A stretch of DNA of 22,688 nucleotides from Archangiaceae bacterium (lineage in GTDB: Bacteria > Myxococcota > Myxococcia > Myxococcales > Myxococcaceae). Location: assembly GCA_043750125.1 (NCBI GenBank), contig JAYVCD010000338.1:1-22688 (forward strand), written 5' to 3'. Within the stretch, counting starts at the first letter, position 1. Each line of letters begins with the position of its first letter. Below are positions 7,853 through 14,519 of this stretch, piece after piece. The notes beneath the pieces were generated by a model. The model worked only from the letters and a program-made list of their open reading frames with translations, did not search any database and was not told the DNA's origin. The translations under genes were made by a program, and so were the position numbers.

Positions 7853-8703
7853 CAGCGCTGCTTCTCTCTAAGTCCCATCAACGTCCCCGCGAGCATCACG
7901 ATCGACATCACCAGCGCGATGATGACGCCCGCCGACGGGCTCGAAACCCAGACCTCGAGGTTTCCAATCGGAGAACGGGCCATCGTCCTGTCCAGCGCGA
8001 GCCTGATGTAGACGAGGCACCAGACGATGCAGAAGCAGGCCCCGCCGAACTGAATGAGCCACGGCACCAGCGCATGCAGCGCCGGCATTAGCTTCCGAAC
8101 CCGGATCACGATCGCCAGGAGGATCACCACGGTCGCCACGAACACCGCTGCCCCCAGGCTCAGCAGCCCCAGCACTTCCCCGTCGGTGATGGTGTCTTTC
8201 CAGGGCAAGAAGCAGGCGATCAGCGTCGAAAGGGCACCGATGAACGCCAGCTTGTCGGCCAGCGAGAGGTCGCCGACGAACCCTTTGACCTCACCCCAGA
8301 AGTCTTCGGGGTCCACCATCTGGTTTCCCGACGCGCTCGACCGAGAAGCCCTCGAAACGCTCGGCTCGTCTTTCGCGCGCCAATCGGGCCGAGCCACCGG
8401 CGCCTGCTTGATCTTTCGACCTGGCGCCTCGGGCATCCCCTGGCCCCCCGGGCGGTCTCTCTTCACCGCAGGCTTCACCGCCCGTGTTCTGCGCGGCACC
8501 GGCATCCCCGCCGCATCGACCGGCCGCTTGGCGATCGGTCTTTTCGCCCCCGACGCGGCGCGCACCACCTTCCCCTTCGGCTCTGGGGGCCCGTCTGCCT
8601 CCGCAGGCTGGTTGTCGAACATCGACGGGTCGACGATCGCCTCGCACTTCGGGCAGATCGCCACGCCATCTGCCACGGGCTCGCCGCATGAGGGGCACGT
8701 CAT
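7852..8703 (-). CDS. Zinc-ribbon domain membrane protein (about 4 C-terminal TM helices)
   Basis: Likely start ATG 8703: MTCPSCG..CPKC, then a Pro/Arg/Lys-rich linker and four hydrophobic segments. TGATG coupling to moxR. Confidence 0.8.
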   Translation of the reverse strand: MTCPSCGEPVADGVAICPKCEAIVDPSMFDNQPAEADGPPEPKGKVVRAASGAKRPIAKRPVDAAGMPVPRRTRAVKPAVKRDRPGGQGMPEAPGRKIKQAPVARPDWRAKDEPSVSRASRSSASGNQMVDPEDFWGEVKGFVGDLSLADKLAFIGALSTLIACFLPWKDTITDGEVLGLLSLGAAVFVATVVILLAIVIRVRKLMPALHALVPWLIQFGGACFCIVWCLVYIRLALDRTMARSPIGNLEVWVSSPSAGVIIALVMSIVMLAGTLMGLREKQR

Positions 8704-8713
8704 CGAGCCGGCG

Positions 8714-8742
8714 ATTGTGTGGGCCCGGTGAGATCGGGTCAA
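8714..8742 (-). promoter_or_regulatory. Putative sigma70 promoter for the Zn-ribbon/moxR/DUF58 operon
   Basis: On the minus strand, TTGACC (8742-8737) - 17 bp - CACAAT (8719-8714), 10 nt before ATG 8703. The TTG used as a start by the ORF track is this -35 box. Confidence 0.6.
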
Positions 8743-8807
8743 CGCCGAACCGCGGCGCCGCCAGAATGCTGGATCCCAGAGAGCAGTTGCCCTAACTCGT
8801 CGCTTCC

Positions 8808-10895
8808 ATGCGCGTCCCCGTACTGTGCCTGCTCGTCATTGCCGTCGGTTGTGCTTCCTCGAAGAAGTCGGGTCGGGCCGAGCCCAAGGTTCCTCCCGAG
8901 CTGGCGCAGATCGCCGAGCTCGAAGATCGCCGCAGCCTCGGGCCCAACAACCAACTCCACGCTCTGGCTCGAACCCACCTCGACCCGACCGTCCGAGCTC
9001 GCGCTCTGCTTGCGCTGGGCCGGATTCAAGATCTGCAGAGCCTCGAGACCGTGCTCAATGCCCTCACCGACGAGTACAAAGAAGTGCGGGTCGAGGCCGC
9101 CTTCGCCGCCTCGCTCATCGCCTTGTCCTGGCAGAAGCTGACCGAGCCCCAAAAGACGAAGCTCGCCGCGGACCTGATCGGGTTTCAGACCGTCGAGCCC
9201 GAGCCCGTCGTGAATCTGGCGTTGATCGACGCGCTGGCCCGGGTCGGGTCGTTGAGCGCCGCCGAACGACTCGTCGATCTGCTCGGCACCCCCGGCGAAG
9301 TCCAGACCCGCGCCGCCATCGGGTTGGGAATCACCGCCCGGCTGATCGCTCCCGCTCCGCTGCCGGCGCGCGCCTTCAATGCTCTCGCCGCGCTGATCAA
9401 AAAAGACGTGCCCCCCGAGGTCCGTTACGGGGCCGCCTACGCGCTCGCCGGCTCGAAGAACGCCGCCGCCCGGTATTCACTTCTCACCTGCGCCCTCGAC
9501 GAATCGGCCGAGGTGCGCGCCCTGTGCGCCAAGGGCATCGGCGACGTAGGAAACGACAGCGACGCCGTGACGCTGCTCAAGGTGCTCGACGATACCGACT
9601 ACCGGGTGGTCGTCGAAGCCACCCGCGCCCTCGCAAAGCTTTCGGGTCGCTGCAAGGGCCCGTGCCCCGCCAACGGCGCGCTGGCGAACCTCAACTTCCG
9701 CGCCGAACGGTTGATTCGTGGCGAAACCGCCGGCGGCGGCCAGCCATTGCTCGCCCTCGCCCAGCAAGGTCTTCCCCCCGCGGGCAAGGGGGTGTTGATC
9801 GCCTTGCGCGATCAGCTCGTGGCCGGTCAGAGCACCGCCGTCGACCCCCGCATCAAGAAAGACATCGCCAACATCGAGTGCCGCCTCGCGGCCGCAATCG
9901 ACCGGGCCAACTCGGAAATTCGCGAAGTGCTGACCTGCGGCGCCGGGCTCATTCCCGAGAGTCAGCGGCTGTCGACCGGGCTCTACGAAGTCGCAGCCAG
10001 CCCAGCCAAAGATCCTGCCCGGCGGGTCGAAGAGCTCGGCACCTACCTCGCCAACGGCGATTTCAAAGTGAAGCTGGCCACCATCCACCTGCTCGGCGAG
10101 AACAAGTCGCCCGCAGCCGTAGACCGGCTCAAAGCCCTGCTCACCCACTCTGACGCGGTGATCGCCGCCAGCGCAGTCACCGCGCTGTCCAGAATCGGCG
10201 ACAAGGCGTCGATTCCCGCGATTCTCCCGATGATTTCCAGCGCGGGGGGCGCAGTCGAAATTGCACCCGCGATCGCCGAGGCGCTCGAGGCGCTCGACGC
10301 GAAAGAGGCGATCCCCGAGCTTCAGAAGTGGCTCACCTCGACCCACGCCACGGTGCGAATCGCCGCCGCCACCGCGCTCACCAAACTCACCGGACAACCC
10401 GTCGTTGCCGCCCGGGTCGAACGCCCGGTCAACCTGGTCAAACCGGTGACAATCCTCAGGGACGCCGTGCTCACCGTCAAGACCGAGAAGGGTGACTTCG
10501 ACGTGAAGCTCTACACCCAGGACGCACCGCTGACCTCGGCCAACATGTTCACCCTCGCCAAATCCAAATTTTTCAAGAACATCACCTTCCATCGAATCGT
10601 CCCCGACTTCGTGGCCCAGGGCGGAGACCCCCGCGGCGATGGCGAAGGCGGCCCCGGCTACACCATTCGCTGCGAGCTCAACCACCGCCCCTACGCGCGC
10701 GGCGTCGTGGGCATGGCTCTCGGTGGAAAAGACACCGGAGGCAGCCAGTTCTTCGTCATGCTCGCCGCCCACCCTCACCTCGACGGGAAGTACACCGCGT
10801 TCGGCGAAGTCGTGAAGGGGCAGGAAGTCATCGACGCCATCCTCGAAGGCGACAAGATTCTCGAAATCGCGCCGCCTCCTCCGAAGGAAGACTGA
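8808..10895 (+). CDS. HEAT-repeat lipoprotein with C-terminal cyclophilin-type peptidyl-prolyl isomerase
   Basis: Lipobox AVGC, repeated VRARALLALG/VRYGAAYAL/VRIAAATAL helices, and cyclophilin motifs FHRIVPDFVAQGGDP, GSQFF, HLDGKYTAFG. Confidence 0.92.
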   Translation: MRVPVLCLLVIAVGCASSKKSGRAEPKVPPELAQIAELEDRRSLGPNNQLHALARTHLDPTVRARALLALGRIQDLQSLETVLNALTDEYKEVRVEAAFAASLIALSWQKLTEPQKTKLAADLIGFQTVEPEPVVNLALIDALARVGSLSAAERLVDLLGTPGEVQTRAAIGLGITARLIAPAPLPARAFNALAALIKKDVPPEVRYGAAYALAGSKNAAARYSLLTCALDESAEVRALCAKGIGDVGNDSDAVTLLKVLDDTDYRVVVEATRALAKLSGRCKGPCPANGALANLNFRAERLIRGETAGGGQPLLALAQQGLPPAGKGVLIALRDQLVAGQSTAVDPRIKKDIANIECRLAAAIDRANSEIREVLTCGAGLIPESQRLSTGLYEVAASPAKDPARRVEELGTYLANGDFKVKLATIHLLGENKSPAAVDRLKALLTHSDAVIAASAVTALSRIGDKASIPAILPMISSAGGAVEIAPAIAEALEALDAKEAIPELQKWLTSTHATVRIAAATALTKLTGQPVVAARVERPVNLVKPVTILRDAVLTVKTEKGDFDVKLYTQDAPLTSANMFTLAKSKFFKNITFHRIVPDFVAQGGDPRGDGEGGPGYTIRCELNHRPYARGVVGMALGGKDTGGSQFFVMLAAHPHLDGKYTAFGEVVKGQEVIDAILEGDKILEIAPPPPKED

Positions 10896-10911
10896 ACCGC
10901 CCAGGTTTCGA

Positions 10912-11061
10912 TGCAAGCCGCAGCGGGTCTGCGGGGGGCCGATGGGCGTTCCGTATTGCACCCAGATCTGTGCACCCGGTGGACCCAACACCTGCCGCGA
11001 CGGTGACGCGTGCTCGAAGCGTTCGGCACTCGCCACCGACCCAGCGTGTCGGAAGCGTTAG
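10912..11061 (+). pseudogene. Cysteine-rich frame: 3' remnant of a Cys-rich protein or a 39-aa small protein (ATG 10942)
   Basis: CKPQRVCGGPMGVPYCTQICAPGGPNTCRDGDACSKRSALATDPACRKR* has 7 Cys in 49 codons. Its TAG overlaps the TAA of the convergent gene (TTAG 11058-11061). Confidence 0.55.
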
Positions 11062-12128
11062 ACCGCGGGCACCAGCGGCTTGCCCGACCACTTCTTGCGA
11101 TCTTCTTCTTCCAGTCGTTCGACCTGGCGGCGAATGTCGTTCCACTCTTCGTCCGGAACTTCCAGGAACGCCTGGGTCAGATCCGGGTCGAGCTGACTGC
11201 CGCCCACCCGACCGATTTCCGCCTTGGCAATCTGCAGCGGGCGGCCCTTGCGGTACGGCCGATCTGAAGTGATCGCGTCGAGCGCGTCGACGATCGAAAA
11301 GATCCGCGCGCCCACCACGATGTCCGCCCCCTTGATCGTCTGGGGGTAGCCCTTGCCGTCCCACCGTTCCTGGTGCTGGTAGACGATCTGAGTCGCTTCT
11401 TTGAGATACGGAATCGCGCTCAACATCCGCATCCCGATCTCCGGGTGCAGCTTCATCTCGACCCACTCTTCGGGCGTCAACGGCCCCGGCTTGAGCAGAA
11501 TCGAATCGCGCACCCCGATTTTCCCGATGTCGTGGAGCAGGGCGCCCTGGCCAATCATTTCCAGCTCGTCCCCGGCGATCCCCACCCTTTCCGCCAGCCG
11601 CTTCGCATACAGCGACACCCGGCGCGAATGCCACTGCGTCTCGGTGTCCCGGTAGTCCAGCGCCCGCACCATTCCGTCCAGCAGCCCGTTCGTCCGCTCG
11701 ATCACCGCCACTTCTAGGTGCTGGTTGCGCTGGTGCAGCTCGGCCGAGAGCCGTCGATTCTCTCCCATCAGCCGGAAGTGCTCGACCGCCTGCTTCACCA
11801 CCATCGTCAACTCGGCCAGATTCCAGGGCTTCGAGAGCAGCCGGAAGACCTCACCCCGGTTCACCGCTTCGAGCGCCACCTTGAAGTCGCCCGCCGCCGT
11901 CAGCATCAGCCGAACCGCGTTGGGGTTGCTCTGTTTCAGCGCCCCCAACAGCTCGATGCCATTGAGGTTCGGCATCATGAAATCGGTGATGACGATCGAA
12001 AAATCTCGTTCTTCTAACGCTTTATGCGGGTCGGTGTGCCCGACGACCTCGTGCCCTTCATTCTGCAGAATGCGGGTGAGCGCCTGAAGAATCAGGGCAT
12101 CGTCGTCGACCACCAGGATGCGAATCAT
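11058..12128 (-). CDS. Response regulator with HD-GYP domain (probable cyclic di-GMP phosphodiesterase)
   Basis: REC motifs VVDDD, ITDFMMP, LTA, SKPW; a coiled linker; HD-GYP motifs HSRRV, LLHDIGKIG, HQERWDGKGYP, SDRPYR. Confidence 0.93.
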   Translation of the reverse strand: MIRILVVDDDALILQALTRILQNEGHEVVGHTDPHKALEERDFSIVITDFMMPNLNGIELLGALKQSNPNAVRLMLTAAGDFKVALEAVNRGEVFRLLSKPWNLAELTMVVKQAVEHFRLMGENRRLSAELHQRNQHLEVAVIERTNGLLDGMVRALDYRDTETQWHSRRVSLYAKRLAERVGIAGDELEMIGQGALLHDIGKIGVRDSILLKPGPLTPEEWVEMKLHPEIGMRMLSAIPYLKEATQIVYQHQERWDGKGYPQTIKGADIVVGARIFSIVDALDAITSDRPYRKGRPLQIAKAEIGRVGGSQLDPDLTQAFLEVPDEEWNDIRRQVERLEEEDRKKWSGKPLVPAV

Positions 12129-12229
12129 GTTTGGGGCCGAAGACTAACCGCACCGATCCGCGCCCGTCGACCTGGATCATTCCAGGACACGTCATCGGGC
12201 GCCCTTTGAGGGGGGCCTTTGAACTTTTC

Positions 12230-12258
12230 TGGATAGGGTGGGGGTGGTCGTCTATCCT
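12230..12258 (+). promoter_or_regulatory. Putative sigma70 promoter for the dehydrogenase-MaoC operon
   Basis: TGGATA (12230-12235) - 17 bp - TATCCT (12253-12258), 10 nt before ATG 12269. Confidence 0.4.
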
Positions 12259-12268
12259 CCCTCGAACA

Positions 12269-13300
12269 ATGGCGAGGCCTTCCGCGGCGGGGAGCCGGCC
12301 AGCGTCGAGTGAATCCGAACGCGTGCCGGTGGTAGTCATGGGCTTGGGGTTCATCGGGCAAGAGATTGCCCGGGCCGCGTTGCGTTCCGAAGAGCTCGAG
12401 CTCATTGGCGCCACCGACTTCAGCCCCCGCCTCACTGGAAAGAAGATTTCCGACGTGCTCGGGCTTCCCGCCGGCACCTTCAAGGTCGCCAAAGATCTCG
12501 CCACCGCCGTCGGGAAGCGACGCGGCGTCGTCCTGCTCCACGCCACCGGCTCGAAGCTGCCCCAGGTGATGGACCAGCTGCTCGAGGCGATCAATCTCGG
12601 GCTCTGCATCGTCAGCACCTGCGAAGAGCTCGCCTTTCCGTACTTCCGCCACCCGAAGCTTGCCGACCAGCTCGACGCGGCGGCGAAGAAAGCCCACGTC
12701 ACCGTGCTCGGAACCGGAGTGAATCCTGGCTTCGTGCTCGACCGCCTCGTCGCCACCGCCGCCCAGGTCTGCGGCCCCGTTCGCCACGTCAAGGTCACCC
12801 GCATCGTCGATGCCCGCACCCGCCGCGAAGCGCTGCAGCGAAAAGTTGGAGCCGGGCTCACCGAGGACGAATTCTTCAAGCTCGTCGACGCCGATCAGCT
12901 GGGTCATGTGGGCCTCGCCGAAAGCGCCGCACTCTGCGCGCTCGGAGTCGGCCTCGACTGCGACGACTTCGAAGAAGAGATCATCCCGGTGCTCGCCGAA
13001 GAGGACATCACCGGCGGAGCCTTCGTCGTCAAAGCAGGAAAGGTCGCCGGCATCTACCAGACCGCCGTCGGCCTCTGCGACGGTCAAGAGCGCGTGCGGC
13101 TCGAACTCACCATCGCGGTCGGGGCTGAAGATGCCGCCGACACCATCACCATCGATGCCGAGCCCAAACTCACGCTGGTGATTCCCGGAGGGGTGGCCGG
13201 AGATCGCGCCACCGCCAACGTCGTGGTCAACGCTGCACCCAGAGTCAAATCTGCCGAGCCGGGGCTGCTGACCGTGCTCGAGCTGCCGGCCGGTCGCTAA
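12269..13300 (+). CDS. DapB-like NAD(P)H-dependent amine dehydrogenase / 2,4-diaminopentanoate dehydrogenase (Ord) family protein
   Basis: Likely start ATG 12269. Rossmann GLGFIG, VSTCEELAFP, LGTGVNPGFVLD, LQRKVGAGLT, GHVGLAES, GGVAGDRAT. Confidence 0.85.
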   Translation: MARPSAAGSRPASSESERVPVVVMGLGFIGQEIARAALRSEELELIGATDFSPRLTGKKISDVLGLPAGTFKVAKDLATAVGKRRGVVLLHATGSKLPQVMDQLLEAINLGLCIVSTCEELAFPYFRHPKLADQLDAAAKKAHVTVLGTGVNPGFVLDRLVATAAQVCGPVRHVKVTRIVDARTRREALQRKVGAGLTEDEFFKLVDADQLGHVGLAESAALCALGVGLDCDDFEEEIIPVLAEEDITGGAFVVKAGKVAGIYQTAVGLCDGQERVRLELTIAVGAEDAADTITIDAEPKLTLVIPGGVAGDRATANVVVNAAPRVKSAEPGLLTVLELPAGR

Positions 13301-13324
13301 AAAAAACGAAGGAAGAGGGGGAAG

Positions 13325-13774
13325 ATGCTCGACAAGAATGCGGTGGGAAGGACGACGCCGCCCACGCTCAACGAGGTTGAGAAGGGCGCGATTCGCCGGT
13401 TCGCTGAAGCTTTGGGCGACTACAACCCCATCTATTACGACGAAGAATACGCTCGCGCGTCGGGGTTCAAGAGCCTGGTCGCTCCGCCGACTTTTCCGTG
13501 CGCCTTTGCCACCGGCGCCGACTTGCGAGAGCTGCTCGGGGTTCCCCTGCGCAGCCTGCTCAACGCCGAAGCCAGCTTCGACTACGAACGGCCCATCGTC
13601 GCCGGAGACCGCCTGCTCGTGACCTCGCGCGTCGCCGAAGTGCAAGAGCGCCCCAGCAGCACCGGCAAAATGGAAGTCGCCGTGCTCGAAGATGAAGGTC
13701 GCGACGAGCAGGGAAAGCTCGTCTACCGAATGCGCCGCACCCTGGTGGTGCGCGGCTCGAAGGAGCACGGCTGA
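13325..13774 (+). CDS. MaoC/hotdog dehydratase, HadA-like (N-terminal type) subunit
   Basis: EVEKGAIRRFAEALGDYNPIYYD, APPTF, YERPIVAGD. Purine-rich RBS at 13310-13324. Confidence 0.88.
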   Translation: MLDKNAVGRTTPPTLNEVEKGAIRRFAEALGDYNPIYYDEEYARASGFKSLVAPPTFPCAFATGADLRELLGVPLRSLLNAEASFDYERPIVAGDRLLVTSRVAEVQERPSSTGKMEVAVLEDEGRDEQGKLVYRMRRTLVVRGSKEHG

Positions 13775-14394
13775 TGCCCCCTCGCAAAATCTACTTTGAG
13801 AACATCCGGGTCGGAGACGACCTGCCCGCGATGGCCAAGGCTCCGGTCGATCGCGTTCAGCTCGCGCGGTTCGCCGGTGCCTCCAACGACTACAACCCGC
13901 TCTACATCGACGAGGTCCACGCCAAGAGCCTCGGGATGCCCTCGGTCTACGCCCCCAGCCTGCTCGGAATGAGCTTTCTGGGTCAGCTCGTCGGCGACTG
14001 GGCCCGCGGCGCGACGCTCAAGAAGTTCACCGTCAAGTTCGTCAAGATGCTCTGGCCCGGCGACACCCTGGTCTGCAAAGGGCGGGTCAGCGATCGCCAC
14101 GGCGAGGGGGGGAAGTACTTCGTCGAGCTCGATGTCTGGGCCGAGAACCAGAAGGGCGAGCTGGTCCTCAAAGGCCTCGCCACCCTTCGGGTCTACTTCT
14201 CCAGCGAAGACGAGAACCGTCAGAAGGCCGGGCAGCCTCCTTTGCTCGTCCAGGTCCAGCGCGAGAGCATCCTCGCCAAGCCCCCCGAAGAGGCGGCGAA
14301 GAAGAACAACACCGGGAAGAAGCCCAAGGCTCCCCCCGCAGCCAGAAAGAAGGGGCCGCCTCCGAAGAAGGCGCAAAAGAAGAAGAAGAAATAG
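13774..14394 (+). CDS. MaoC/hotdog dehydratase, HadB-like subunit with Lys-rich tail
   Basis: VGDDLP, FAGASNDYNPLYIDE, VKFVKMLWPGDTL, WAENQKGE. TGATG-coupled to the upstream subunit. Confidence 0.88.
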   Translation: MPPRKIYFENIRVGDDLPAMAKAPVDRVQLARFAGASNDYNPLYIDEVHAKSLGMPSVYAPSLLGMSFLGQLVGDWARGATLKKFTVKFVKMLWPGDTLVCKGRVSDRHGEGGKYFVELDVWAENQKGELVLKGLATLRVYFSSEDENRQKAGQPPLLVQVQRESILAKPPEEAAKKNNTGKKPKAPPAARKKGPPPKKAQKKKKK

Positions 14395-14453
14395 CTGCCA
14401 GTGCTGCCGCCAGTACCCCGAATGTGGGTTCATGCCGCACTGCGTTGAATTAA

Positions 14454-14473
14454 TGTTGACGCGAAAATCAACA
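14454..14473. promoter_or_regulatory. Palindromic operator candidate overlapping a -35 box upstream of the acyl-CoA dehydrogenase
   Basis: TGTTGA-cgcgaaaa-TCAACA in a locally AT-rich gap; it contains TTGACG (14456-14461). GGAG RBS at 14511-14514. Confidence 0.5.
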
Positions 14474-14519
14474 CCGAACATAGATGCTCCGGCCGCAACA
14501 CCCTTGAATCGGAGCGCGC

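Noticed and set aside
12129..12268. c-di-GMP riboswitch next to the HD-GYP gene
   Set aside because: No GEMM-type GCAAA/GNRA tetraloop-receptor pattern is recognisable; only short inverted repeats.
12125..13768. 547-aa minus ORF, and similar long antisense ORFs (291-1181, 5832-7190, 9477-11036, 20952-22244)
   Set aside because: All mirror well-supported genes on the opposite strand and lack recognisable motifs.
14456..14471. FNR/CRP box upstream of the ACAD gene
   Set aside because: TTGAC-N6-ATCAA has a 6-nt spacer, whereas FNR needs TTGAT-N4-ATCAA.
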